From the human T2T-CHM13v2.0 reference genome, Homo sapiens, in NCBI RefSeq assembly GCF_009914755.1, contig NC_060932.1: a stretch of 64,000 bases of DNA. One strand, 5' to 3'. Below, piece after piece: positions 15,501-33,451 of the stretch. A program made the position numbers and the translations under genes. The notes beneath the pieces were generated by a model. That model was not told where the DNA came from and did no database searches. It saw only the letters and a list, made by a program, of their open reading frames with translations. Each line of letters opens with the position of its first letter. The stretch's first letter is position 1.

Positions 15501-18500
15501 TTCACCACATCAATGCTCTGCTCATTCCTCTCATCAAACAAGGGCAATTTTGTCAGTTTCAATGGGCAGTCCTTAGGAATTCACCTTACGGGCTGCTTTC
15601 ATTCCTTCTAAATTCTTTTTGTTTCCTAATGATAAAAAGTCTCCTTGCCTTGCTTGGAAAGATGAGAGAAAGTCTCCTTGCCTTGTTTGGACAGATGAGA
15701 GATGAGATCCTCCTCTTCTCTCCCAGGACAGAATGGTGAGACTTGAGTTTCCTTTCTCCTCACTCTTCTCCTCCTTGAGGGAGCTGCTGTGCCGGACAGA
15801 CCTGCCCCCGTGTCTAGACACTGGTAGACTCGTTTAAGTTCCTCACAGGCAATCCTCCATGGGGTCAAAGTGGAAGGACTTATTTCTTCAGGGCTCAGTA
15901 GTCCACATCCTGGCGCGCACCTTCACCAGCCCAGGGCGGGGTAGAGGAGGGTGAAAGGGCGTGGCTCAGAGCCCGCTTCTTCCGCTCGGGCGTATCCTGG
16001 GAGGAACCCTTGTCCGGTGAGCATGTCTTCGTCTCTACCAAATTCCCTAGTGGGACATTTCTGGCAGCCCTACTTGTTCAGCAGCTTACGGGGGTCAGGT
16101 GGACCTCTGCTAGTCACCAGCCTGAAGCCCTTTCTCCATTTCAGCTATTTTGGCAGTTGCCTAGGTGACTTTTGAACCTCATTATCCAGAACAGCAAACG
16201 GACGAGGGGTGAGAAGAGTGGCCGTCTGGGTTTGCAGCATAGTGCTGCCTTCTAGGAGTTGTGCAGTCTTCGATTGTGTGAAACTTCACCTGGCTGATTT
16301 GTGGCAATGCCTCCACAAATTCGCTAAATTCAGTAGCTTTTGCCTTCCAAGATTCATTTACACAATGTTGAATGCTTTAAATGAATGAGCATGAAGAGTG
16401 CTGGGCTGGAAAGTGATGAGATGGGTGGTAGGGACTCCTCGGAGTAGAGGAGTAGAGTTTTACTATTATGACTAGGAGGCAAATAAAAAGAAGCTGAACG
16501 TGATCCATAATAAAAGAAGCACACACTCACAGAGCTCCATACCAACTACATTAAAATGGAAATCATGATATTTGGAAATACAACTTAATTGGAAATCATT
16601 AAGTAATCTCATCAACCTTTTTACAGTGGGTGGCAGGGCTATGGAGGGAAAACAGCAATGGTTCTGGCACCTACTTAACTTGATTCCATTAAATTCACCC
16701 AACAGGCCTCCAGAGAAGATATTACTGCTTTGATATTACAAAGGGAAAAACAGCTATGGCGTCTCTGAAAAGCACAACGTGCTAGGACTGGAATGACTTT
16801 AAAACCACACATAAATTTCTGAGAGATTTTTGCCATAAGGTACCATCCACCTTACTGTAAACCACATCCTAAAATTGTCTGCAGTGCAAATGGATTATGT
16901 GCATCCAACAGGAAACAGCATAGGTTGAGAAGCTGTTACTTAATAGCTTCATTGTCACCACGAGTGTAAAGTGCGGGGTCTCCTCACTTTTGCACCCACG
17001 TTTTGCCTGTTGGTTTCTCCACACTGTCAGGAGCATTTGACCAACTCACTGTGGCTCAGGGTCCCTTACGCAGCCTGTTGGGGAAACCAGTGGGTATTGA
17101 AGACCTGCCTCTGGTGTGCCAGGAGGTTGTGCCTGCCGGCCACTCTGACTTGCGATCTTCCGCCTCAGTGTATGGCTTCCTACACCTGGGTAATTAACAT
17201 TGCCAGCATGATAAGGAGGTCCTTTCATCACTATTGCCACTAGTCCTTCCGACTCCTGTGCCCTGTTTCTCCTTTATTGGAACCCAAGAACGAGTAAACA
17301 TAGCATTTTCAAACATCCCGCCCCCTTCACTGGTAACACCAATATTCCACCATCCTAATTCCCTCACAAGCATTCAGTCTCTCCACCCTGAGGTGGTGAA
17401 ATCCCTGCAGGCATTTATAAGTATACCTGGACAGAAGAAATACAAGATACCGTTCTATTAACTCAATATAGTGTTGCTAAGTTCGTACTTGTGCTTGGTT
17501 TATTTTATTTTATAAATAGGTATCACTCGCATGGTTCCAAATGCGGTAGGCACAGAGAGTATATATGATGGAATTACATCCTCCTTCCCTGCACTCAGCA
17601 ACCGAGATCATCCCGCTACGGGCACTCAAAGGTTTCATTGTCTGAAATATCAGCCTAAACGTAGTTTATGTTTAGGAAGCAACAACCGTAAATAGGCCCA
17701 CATCCAAACGGAGTGGATTTAGGTTTCACTTTTTCAAGGAAAAACCATCAAAGAATTTTTCCACATACTTATAAACCATCCCACGTATAGAATCCATTTT
17801 TACTGACACAAATTTAGTACCAATAAACGACTCTTCTTCTCAATTTGTTTTATTTAACAATAAGTCTTGAACGTCATTCCCAGTTAACATTTTGAAGAGT
17901 TTCCTCTCTTTCGTTCTGTTTTAGCTGCAAAGTATTCTTCCGTAAGGATGAACGTACTATAATTTATTAGCCAGCCACTTAGTGATGTACAATTAAACAG
18001 TTTTAAATCTTTGACTCTTGAAAATATTGTTTCTCACACATAAATATTTCTATAAAATAAATTAATTGAATTAGAATTGTTGGAGTTCAAGACCAGCCTG
18101 GCCAACATGGTGAAACCCCATCTCTACTAGAAACACAAAATTAGCCGGACATGCCGGTACATGCCTCTAATCTCAGGTGAGGCAGGAGAATCACTTCAAC
18201 CTGGGAGGCAGAGGTTGTAGTGACTCGAAATCACGCCACTGCACTCCAGCCTGGGCGACGCGAGCGAAACTCTGTCTCAAAAAACCAAAAAAAATTAAAC
18301 ATAAAAAGAAAAGCGGTACATATACCCAATAGAACACAATTCAGCCTTAAAAAAGAAAGAAATCATCTCATTGGCAACACGAATGAGCCTAGAGGATGGT
18401 ACACTGAGTGAAAGAAAGCAAAGGCCAGGCACGGTGGCTCATGCCTGTAATCCCAGTACTTTGGGAGGCCAAGGCAGGTGGAAGCGTTGAGCCCAGGAGT

Positions 18501-20142
18501 TGGAGATGAACCTGGGCAACATGGTGAAACCCCATCTCTAAAAGAAACACAAAAATTAGCCAAGTGTGGCGTTGGACGCCTGTAGTCCTAGCTATTCAGG
18601 AGGCTGAAGCGGGAGGAACTCTCGACCCCGGGAGGTGGAGGCCGTGGTGAGTGAGCCGTGTTTGTGTCACTGTACTCCAGCCTGGGTGACAGACTGAGAC
18701 CCTGTCTCAAAAAATAAATAATTACATAATAAAGATTTAAAAAGCAAGCACAAAAAGACAAATACTGCATGATCTCACTTATATGTGCAATCTCCAACAA
18801 TGCAACTCATAGCTGTAGAGAGCAGAACGGTGGTTACCCGAGGCAGGGGTCAGGGAGGGACTGGAGAGATGATAGTCTCATGATACAAAATTTCAGAGAG
18901 GAATGGTTCTAGAGATCTATTGAACAGCCTGGCATCTACAGTGTATAAGTATGTATTGTATACTTGAAAATTGCTATAAGAGTAGATTTTAGACATGTCC
19001 TCATCACATTAAAATCAGTATGTGAGGAAACGAGTGTGTTAATTAGCTTGATTTTGTCATTCCACAATGTATACACGTATGAAACATCATGTTGTATGCC
19101 ATAAATATATATAATTTTTATTTGTCAAGTTAAAATTAAAATTCATATAAATTATAAAAATAAAATGAAATAACATACACTACAAAAGACGTTTATTTAT
19201 TAAATCCCCACAGAAGGGGTCTAAGTGATAAAGGAAAATAAAATTCCGGGAACGGTAAAATCAATCAGAAATGCCCTACTTCAGTGCTTTCCGAAATTTG
19301 TCTGACAGAGTGGAAATCCAGTTTTTCACTAAGTCACTGTTCTGGAACAGTTTGTGTGTGTGTATGTATGTGTGTGAGGGCTCACATACACAAATTGAAC
19401 TAATGGAAGTGTAAGCATTCAAATTATCAGTTTAATTTAGTTCTATACATATACACACACACACACTCACACACCGAAAACATTGATAAAATCAGCCATT
19501 CCAGCAAAACTAGCTACTTAGTGTCTATCTCTCCTTGAAGATTCAAACTAGAAATGAGGATTTAGAGAGGCATGATGGTTCGTTCTCTCTTGGAGCCCAG
19601 TTCGAAGTTGACTGACTGATTCAGTCATTGTAATTGGTTGGTCTTGGGGAAGAATCCACTTTGACTCTTGGGAAGTCAGCTAGGTCAGCGGACAGAGCAG
19701 GGGCTCTGGAGCCAGACTGCCTGCACCCGACTTCTAGCTATGATACCTTGGATAAACTACTTATCACCTGGGCTTCAGGTTCCTCATCTGTAAAATGGGG
19801 ATAAGAATGCTATCTCTCTCACAACTATTAGGAGGACTGACTGGGTTAATACGTGCAAAGTACCGAGTACATAAGAAACCAACAGCCAGTGCTCATTACA
19901 ATCATTATTATTTTGGGCAAGTTAAGCCGCATGGTTTCTTTAGGTATAAAATTAGGCTTTATTTACCTACCTGTTGGGTTGTTCCAAGGATTAATCACAT
20001 AGTGTTCATGAATTCCCTTTATAAACTATTATAGAAAAGAAATATAGTTAACATTAATTGAACACCTACTATGTGCGATCGTTTTAAGGCTTGCCATGTG
20101 CTGCTTCATTCAGTCCGCACCATGACATTAGGATCACACTTT

Positions 20143-23100
20143 CGTTTTCCATTTTTTTTTAAATTATACTTTAATTACTAGGGTACATGTGCACAACGTG
20201 CAGGTTTATTACGTATGTAAGCACGTGCCATGTTGGTGTGCTGCACCCATTCACTAGTCATTTACATTAGGTATATCTCTTAATGTTATCCCTCCCCCTC
20301 CCCCCGCCCATGACAGGCCCCGGTGTGTGATGTTCCCCTTTCTGCGTCCAAGTGTTCTCCTAGTTCAATTCCCACCTATGAGTGGGATCACGCGGTGTTT
20401 GGTTTTTTTGTCCTTGCGATAGTTTGCTAAGAATGATGGTTTCCAGCTTCATCCGTGTCCCTCCGAAGGGCATGAACACATGCTTTTTTATGGCTGCATA
20501 GTATTCCATGGTGTATTTGTGCCACGTTTCCTTAATCCAGTCTATCATTGATGGACATCTGGGCTGGTTCCAAGTCTTTGCTACTGTGAACGGTGCCGCA
20601 ATAAACATACGTCTGCGTGTGTCCTTTTAGCAGCATGATTTATAGTCCTATGGGTGTATACCCAGTAATGGGACGGCTGGGTCAAATGGTATTTCTAATT
20701 CTAGATCCTTGAGGATTCGCCACACTATCTTCCACAACCGCTGAACTGGTTTACAGTCCCACCAGCAGTGTAAAAGTGTCCCTATTTCTCCACTACCTCT
20801 CCAGCACCTGTTGTTTCCTGACTTTTTTATTGATCGCTATTCTAACTGGTGTGAGACGATATCTCTTTGCGGATTTGATTTGCATTTCTCTGATGACCAG
20901 TGTTGATGAGCATTTTTTCATGTGTCTGTTGGCTGCATAAATGTCTTCTTTTTAGAAGTGTCTCTTCATATCCTTCCCGCACTTGTTGATGGGGTTGTTT
21001 GGTTTTTCTTGTAACTCTGTTTGAGTTCTTAGTAGATTCTGGATATTAGCCCTTTGTCAGATGAGTAGATTGCAAAAATTCTCTCCCTTTCTGTAGCATG
21101 CCTGTTCACTCTGATGAGAGTTTCTTTAGCTGTGCAGAAACTCTTTAGTGTAATTAGATGCCGTTTGTCAATATTGGCTTTTGTTGCCTTTGCTTTTGGC
21201 GTTTTAGACATGAGGTCCTTGCCCATGCTTATGTCCTGAATGGTATTGCCTAGGTTTTCTCTTAGGGTTTGTATGGCTTAAGATGTAACATTTAAGTCTT
21301 TCATCCGTCTTGAATAAACTTTTGTATAAGGTGTAAGGAAGGGATCCAATTTCACCTTCGGACATATGGCTAGCCAGTTTTCCCAGCACCATCTATTAAA
21401 TAGGGAATCCTTTCCCCATTTCTTGTTTTTGTCAGGTTTGTCAGAGATCCGATGGTTGTAGATGTGTCGTATTATTTCTGAGGGCTCTATTCTGTTCCAT
21501 TGGTCTACAGTAACCAAAAAGGCAACCAACAGCATGCTGTTTGGTTACTGTAGGCTTGTAGTGTAGTTTGAAGTCGGGTAGCTTGATGCCTCCACCTTTG
21601 TTCTTTTGGCTTAGGATTATCTTGGCAGTGGGGGCCCTTTTGTGGTTCCATATAAACTTTCAAGTAGTTTTTTCCAATTCTGTGAAGAAAGTCCTTGGTA
21701 GATTGATGGGGATGGCATTGGATCTATAATATACCTTGGGCAGTATGGCCATTTTCACGATACTGATTCTTCCTAACCGTGAGCATGGAATATTCTTCCA
21801 TTGGTTTGTGTCCTCTTTTATTTCGTGGAGCAGTGGTTTGTAGTTCTCCTTGAAGAGGTCCTTCGCACATCGCATCCCTTGTTAGTTGGATTCCTCAGTA
21901 TTTTATTCTCTTTGAAGCAATTGTGAATGGGAGCTCAGTCATGATTTGGCTCTCTGTTTGCCTGTTATTGGTGTATACGAATGCTTGTGATTTTTGCACA
22001 TCGATTTTGTATCCTGAGACTTTGCTGAAGTTGCTTATCAGCTTAAGGAGATTTTGGGCTGAGACGATGGGTTTTTCTAAATATTCAATCATGTCATCTA
22101 CAAACAGGGACAATTTGACTTCCTCTTTTCCTGATTGATTACTCTTTATTTTTTTCTCCTGCCTGATTGCCCTGGCCAGAAGTTCCAACACTATGTTGAA
22201 TAGGAGTGGTGAGAGAGGGCACCCCTGTCTTGTGGCAGTTTGCAAAGGGAATGCTTCCACTTTTTGCCCATTCAGTATGATATTGGCTGTGGGTTTGCCC
22301 TAAATAGCCCTTATTATTTTGAGGTATGTCCCATCAGTACCTAATTTATTGAGAGTTTTTGGCATGAAAGGCTGTTGAATTTTGTCAAAGGCCTTTTCTG
22401 CATCTGTTGAGATAATCACGCGGTTTCTGTCTTTGGTTCCGATTATATGCTGGATTATGTTTATTGATTTGCATATGTTGGACCAGCCTTGCATGTCAGG
22501 GATGAAGCCCACTTGATCATAATGGATAAGCTCTTTGATGTACTGCTGGATTCGGTTTGCCAGCATTTTATGGAGGATTTTTCCATCGGTGTTCCTCAGG
22601 GATATGGGCCGAAAATTCTCTTTGTTGGTTGTGTCTCTCTCAGCCTTTGGGATCAGGATGATGCTGGCCTCATAAAATGAGATAGGGAGGATTCCCTCTT
22701 TTTCTGTTGATTGGAATAGTTTCCGAAGGAATGGTACCAGCTCCTCCTTGTACTTCTGGTAGAATTCGGCTGTGAATCCGTCTGGTCCTGGAGTTTTATT
22801 GCTTGATAGGCTATTAATTATTGCCTCAATTTCAGAGCCTGTTATTGGTCTATTCAGGCATTCAACTTCTTCCTGGTTTACTCTGGGGAGGTTGCATGTG
22901 TCCAGGAATTTATTCATTTCTTCTAGATTTTCGAGTTTGTTTGCCTAGAGGTGTTGACAGTATTCTCTCATGGTAGTTTGTACTTCTGTGGGATCAGTGG
23001 TGATATCCCCTTTATCATTTTTTATTGCATCGGCTTGATTCTTCTTTCTTTCATTCTTTAATAGTCTTGCTAGTGGTCTATCAATTTTGTTGATGGTTTC

Positions 23101-23814
23101 AAAAAACCCGCTCCTGGATTCATTGATTTTTTGAAGGGTTTTTTGGGTCTCTATCTCCTTCAGTTCTGCTCGGATCTTAGTTATTTCTTGCCTTCTGCTA
23201 GCTTTTGAATGTGTTTGCTCTTGCTTCTCTCATCCTTTTAATGGTGATGTTAGGGTATGCATTTTTGATCTTTCCTGCTTTCCCTTGTGGGCGTTTAGTG
23301 CTATAAATTTCCCTCTACACACTGCTTTAAATGTGTCCCAGAGATTCTGGTATGTTGTGTCTTTGTTCTCATTGCTTTCAGAGAATATCTTTATTTCTGC
23401 CTTCATTTCGTTATGTACCCAGTACTCACTCAGGAGCAGCTTGTCCGGTTTCCATGCAGTTGAGCGGTTTTGAGTGAGTTTCTCAATCCTGAGGTCTAGT
23501 GTGATTGCAATGTGGTCTGAGAGACCGTTTGAAATAATTTCTGTTATTTTACTTTTACTGAGGAGTGCTTTACTTCCAACTATGTGGTCAATGTGGAAAT
23601 AAGTGTGATGTGGTGCTGAGAAGAACGTATATTCTGTTGATTTGGGGTGGAGCGTTCTGTACATGTCTCCTAGGTCCGCTTGGTGCAGAGCTGAGCTCAA
23701 TTCCCGGATATCCCTTTTTAACTTTCTGTCTCGTTGGTGTGTCTAATGTTGACAGTGGGGTGTTAAGTTTGCCATTATTATTATTATTATTATGTGGGAG
23801 TCTAAGTCTCTTTT
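20143..23814 (-). mobile_element. 5'-truncated L1PA LINE-1 (left palindrome arm copy)
   Basis: Same ORF2 fragments and TSD as 4869-8539. Confidence 0.95.
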
Positions 23815-24389
23815 GATCACACTTTAAAGACCAAAAGGTAGAAGCGCAAAGAAGTTATCTGTCCAATATTACAAACCTAGTAAGTGGTGGAATTTGGCCT
23901 TGAACCCAGATCTGTAACTCCAGAGCCGAAGTGCTTCACCCACCTCCCTGTGGTGCCCCGGTCCCCCGGAATCCCTGCCGCGGCCCCTCGGGCCTGTCCA
24001 CATCCCTCTGCCCCTCCCAGACCTCTGTCCTTCCACCAATCGCCTCCCGCAGCCCCGAGCCGCCACTCCCAGTCCCCCGAGTCCCTGCCGCGCGCCCTCG
24101 CGCCTGTCCACATCCCTCTGCCCATCCGAGACCTCTGTCCTTACACCACTAGCCACCCCACGTGGGACTTCCATGGCTTCTGAGTACAAGGCCAGCCCCC
24201 CGGCCCACCAGCTTTCGGAATGCCTGCTTACCTCTTTTTCTGTAGAGGCACCACAGGGAGGTGGGTGAAGCACTTCGGCTCTGGAGTTACAGATCTGGGT
24301 TCAAGGCCAAATTCCACCACTTACTAGGTTTGTAATATTGGACAGATAACGTCTTTGCGCTTCTACCTTTTGGTCTTTAAAGTGTGATC

Positions 24390-28061
<3,672 letters not shown>

Positions 28062-31000
28062 AAAGTGTGATCCTAATGTCATGGTGCGGACTGAATGAAG
28101 CAGCACATGGCAAGCCTTAAAACGATCGCACATAGTAGGTGTTCAATTAATGTTAACTATATTTCTTTTCTATAATAGTTTATAAAGGGAATTCGTGAAC
28201 ACTATGTGATTAATCCTTGGAACAACCCAACAGGTAGGTAAATAAAGCCTAATTTTATACCTAAAGAAACCATGCGGCTTAACTTGCCCAAAATAATAAT
28301 GATTGTAATGAGCACTGGCTGTCGGTTTCTTATGTACTCGGTACTTTGCACGTATTAACCCAGTCAGTCCTCCTAATAGTTGTGAGAGAGATAGCATTCT
28401 TATCCCCATTTTACAGATGAGGAACCTGAAGCCCAGGTGATAAGTAGTTTATCCAAGGTATCATAGCTAGAAGTCGGGTGCAGGCAGTCTGGCTCCAGAG
28501 CCCCTGCTCTGTCCGCTGACCTAGCTGACTTCCCAAGAGTCAAAGTGGATTCTTCCCCAAGACCAACCAATTACAATGACTGAATCAGTCAGTCAACTTC
28601 GAACTGGGCTCCAAGAGAGAACGAACCATCATGCCTCTCTAAATCCTCATTTCTAGTTTGAATCTTCAAGGAGAGATAGACACTAAGTAGCTAGTTTTGC
28701 TGGAATGGCTGATTTTATCAATGTTTTCGGTGTGTGAGTGTGTGTGTGTGTATATGTATAGAACTAAATTAAACTGATAATTTGAATGCTTACACTTCCA
28801 TTAGTTCAATTTGTGTATGTGAGCCCTCACACACATACATACACACACACAAACTGTTCCAGAACAGTGACTTAGTGAAAAACTGGATTTCCACTCTGTC
28901 AGACAAATTTCGGAAAGCACTGAAGTAGGGCATTTCTGATTGATTTTACCGTTCCCGGAATTTTATTTTCCTTTATCACTTAGACCCCTTCTGTGGGGAT
29001 TTAATAAATAAACGTCTTTTGTAGTGTATGTTATTTCATTTTATTTTTATAATTTATATGAATTTTAATTTTAACTTGACAAATAAAAATTATATATATT
29101 TATGGCATACAACATGATGTTTCATACGTGTATACATTGTGGAATGACAAAATCAAGCTAATTAACACACTCGTTTCCTCACATACTGATTTTAATGTGA
29201 TGAGGACATGTCTAAAATCTACTCTTATAGCAATTTTCAAGTATACAATACATACTTATACACTGTAGATGCCAGGCTGTTCAATAGATCTCTAGAACCA
29301 TTCCTCTCTGAAATTTTGTATCATGAGACTATCATCTCTCCAGTCCCTCCCTGACCCCTGCCTCGGGTAACCACCGTTCTGCTCTCTACAGCTATGAGTT
29401 GCATTGTTGGAGATTGCACATATAAGTGAGATCATGCAGTATTTGTCTTTTTGTGCTTGCTTTTTAAATCTTTATTATGTAATTATTTATTTTTTGAGAC
29501 AGGGTCTCAGTCTGTCACCCAGGCTGGAGTACAGTGACACAAACACGGCTCACTCACCACGGCCTCCACCTCCCGGGGTCGAGAGTTCCTCCCGCTTCAG
29601 CCTCCTGAATAGCTAGGACTACAGGCGTCCAACGCCACACTTGGCTAATTTTTGTGTTTCTTTTAGAGATGGGGTTTCACCATGTTGCCCAGGTTCATCT
29701 CCAACTCCTGGGCTCAACGCTTCCACCTGCCTTGGCCTCCCAAAGTACTGGGATTACAGGCATGAGCCACCGTGCCTGGCCTTTGCTTTCTTTCACTCAG
29801 TGTACCATCCTCTAGGCTCATTCGTGTTGCCAATGAGATGATTTCTTTCTTTTTTAAGGCTGAATTGTGTTCTATTGGGTATATGTACCGCTTTTCTTTT
29901 TATGTTTAATTTTTTTTTGGTTTTTTGAGACAGAGTTTCGCTCGCGTCGCCCAGGCTGGAGTGCAGTGGCGTGATTTCGAGTCACTACAACCTCTGCCTC
30001 CCAGGTTGAAGTGATTCTCCTGCCTCACCTGAGATTAGAGGCATGTACCGGCATGTCCTGCTAATTTTGTGTTTCTAGTAGAGATGGGGTTTCACCATGT
30101 TGGCCAGGCTGGTCTTGAACTCCAACAATTCTAATTCAATTAATTTATTTTATAGAAATATTTATGTGTGAGAAACAATATTTTCAAGAGTCAAAGATTT
30201 AAAACTGTTTAATTGTACATCACTAAGTGGCTGGCTAATAAATTATAGTACGTTCATCCTTACGGAAGAATACTTTGCAGCTAAAACAGAACGAAAGAGA
30301 GGAAACTCTTCAAAATGTTAACTGGGAATGACGTTCAAGACTTATTGTTAAATAAAACAAATTGAGAAGAAGAGTCGTTTATTGGTACTAAATTTGTGTC
30401 AGTAAAAATGGATTCTATACGTGGGATGGTTTATAAGTATGTGGAAAAATTCTTTGATGGTTTTTCCTTGAAAAAGTGAAACCTAAATCCACTCCGTTTG
30501 GATGTGGGCCTATTTACGGTTGTTGCTTCCTAAACATAAACTACGTTTAGGCTGATATTTCAGACAATGAAACCTTTGAGTGCCCGTAGCGGGATGATCT
30601 CGGTTGGTGAGTGCAGGGAAGGAGGATGTAATTCCATCATATATACTCTCTGTGCCTACCGCATTTGGAACCATGCGAGTGATACCTATTTATAAAATAA
30701 AATAAACCAAGCACAAGTACGAACTTAGCAACACTATATTGAGTTAATAGAACGGTATCTTGTATTTCTTCTGTCCAGGTATACTTATAAATGCCTGCAG
30801 GGATTTCACCACCTCAGGGTGGAGAGACTGAATGCTTGTGAGGGAATTAGGATGGTGGAATATTGGTGTTACCAGTGAAGGGGGCGGGATGTTTGAAAAT
30901 GCTATGTTTACTCGTTCTTGGGTTCCAATAAAGGAGAAACAGGGCACAGGAGTCGGAAGGACTAGTGGCAATAGTGATGAAAGGACCTCCTTATCATGCT

Positions 31001-32562
31001 GGCAATGTTAATTACCCAGGTGTAGGAAGCCATACACTGAGGCGGAAGATCGCAAGTCAGAGTGGCCGGCAGGCACAACCTCCTGGCACACCAGAGGCAG
31101 GTCTTCAATACCCACTGGTTTCCCCAACAGGCTGCGTAAGGGACCCTGAGCCACAGTGAGTTGGTCAAATGCTCCTGACAGTGTGGAGAAACCAACAGGC
31201 AAAACGTGGGTGCAAAAGTGATGAGACCCCACACTTTACACTCGTGGTGACAATGAAGCTATTAAGTAACAGCTTCTCAACCTATGCTGTTTCCTGTTGG
31301 ATGCACATAATCCATTTGCACTGCAGACAATTTTAGGATGTGGTTTACAGTAAGGTGGATGGTACCTTATGGCAAAAATCTCTCAGAAATTTATGTGTGG
31401 TTTTAAAGTCATTCCAGTCCTAGCACGTTGCGCTTTTCAGAGACGCCATAGCTGTTTTTCCCTTTGTAATATCAAAGCAGTAATATCTTCTCTGGAGGCC
31501 TGTTGGGTGAATTTAATGGAATCAAGTTAAGTAGGTGCCAGAACCATTGCTGTTTTCCCTCCATAGCCCTGCCACCCACTGTAAAAAGGTTGATGAGGTT
31601 ACTTAATGATTTCCAATTAAGTTGTATTTCCAAATATCATGATTTCCATTTTAATGTAGTTGGTATGGAGCTCTGTGAGTGTGTGCTTCTTTTATTATGG
31701 ATCACGTTCAGCTTCTTTTTATTTGCCTCCTAGTCATAATAGTAAAACTCTACTCCTCTACTCCGAGGAGTCCCTACCACCCATCTCATCACTTTCCAGC
31801 CCAGCACTCTTCATGCTCATTCCTTTAAAGCATTCAACATTGTGTAAATGAATCTTGGAAGGCAAAAGCTACTGAATTTAGCGAATTTGTGGAGGCATTG
31901 CCACAAATCAGCCAGGTGAAGTTTCACACAATCGAAGACTGCACAACTCCTAGAAGGCAGCACTATGCTGCAAACCCAGACGGCCACTCTTCTCACCCCT
32001 CGTCCGTTTGCTGTTCTGGATAATGAGGTTCAAAAGTCACCTAGGCAACTGCCAAAATAGCTGAAATGGAGAAAGGGCTTCAGGCTGGTGACTAGCAGAG
32101 GTCCACCTGACCCCCGTAAGCTGCTGAACAAGTAGGGCTGCCAGAAATGTCCCACTAGGGAATTTGGTAGAGACGAAGACATGCTCACCGGACAAGGGTT
32201 CCTCCCAGGATACGCCCGAGCGGAAGAAGCGGGCTCTGAGCCACGCCCTTTCACCCTCCTCTACCCCGCCCTGGGCTGGTGAAGGTGCGCGCCAGGATGT
32301 GGACTACTGAGCCCTGAAGAAATAAGTCCTTCCACTTTGACCCCATGGAGGATTGCCTGTGAGGAACTTAAACGAGTCTACCAGTGTCTAGACACGGGGG
32401 CAGGTCTGTCCGGCACAGCAGCTCCCTCAAGGAGGAGAAGAGTGAGGAGAAAGGAAACTCAAGTCTCACCATTCTGTCCTGGGAGAGAAGAGGAGGATCT
32501 CATCTCTCATCTGTCCAAACAAGGCAAGGAGACTTTCTCTCATCTTTCCAAGCAAGGCAAGG

Positions 32563-33451
32563 AGACTTTTTATCATTAGGAAACAAAAAGAATTTAGAAG
32601 GAATGAAAGCAGCCCGTAAGGTGAATTCCTAAGGACTGCCCATTGAAACTGACAAAATTGCCCTTGTTTGATGAGAGAAAAGAGCAGAGCATTGATGTGG
32701 TGAACAAGGATCTAGTGAGACTTTCCCAGCATGTTTCTACCAAAGCTTTATCTAAGCTTCTCAGAACACTCTCCTAATAAGCAGATGTTTGGCCTTTCAG
32801 AAAGTCAACAAGCAAAATGCCTTGAGTGTCCCAAAACACTGATGCCATGATGTGGGCTCCTGACTGGCCTCCTTTTCCTTTGACTGGACCACTGCCACCT
32901 CTTGGTAGCCATCGCTTTCATGATGCTTTGCCTTGGAGATCATATTGGTGAAGCCATGTTCCAACTTCCGCTTACAATTTGTCAGAGGGATGCGTCAGGA
33001 TTGTGATCCCTCCTGTTTAAAATTTCCACTGACAGCTCTCGTCGTAACTGCAGCTGATCTGGGCACAGTGGTTTTCACAGCCACTGCAGGATTCATCTTC
33101 CACATCTTCTCACCTCTTCTTGAAACAAGCTATACATTCGTAAAGAGTTCATTTCTTCGGGGTAGTGTCCTTACAAGCTTTTCTTAAAACGTCAATGATT
33201 TCTTCAATCTTCCACCCAAGCTTCACCATAAATTTGATGTTTCCTCTTGCTGCAATTTTCGTGGAATTCATGTTGCTCTGATGGGAGTCCTTTTCAGTGG
33301 ATGTCTCATCCTTCTTAGTGCCTCAAACTAGATCTAGTTCAGAAAGGTTATCAGAAGTTAGGACAAGTTTATTTTAGTGCAAACCAGTGGAAATCCATGC
33401 ATAGTTTCTTCACCATGTGCATTTTCTATGAAGCTTTGGAAGACCACCTGT
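32563..33451 (-). mobile_element. Decayed Hsmar2 mariner
   Basis: Reverse complement of 11669-12557. Confidence 0.85.

Noticed and set aside
23869-24273. Chimeric ORFs spanning the inversion centre
   Set aside because: Short, mostly non-ATG starts in GC-rich sequence; by-products of the junction.
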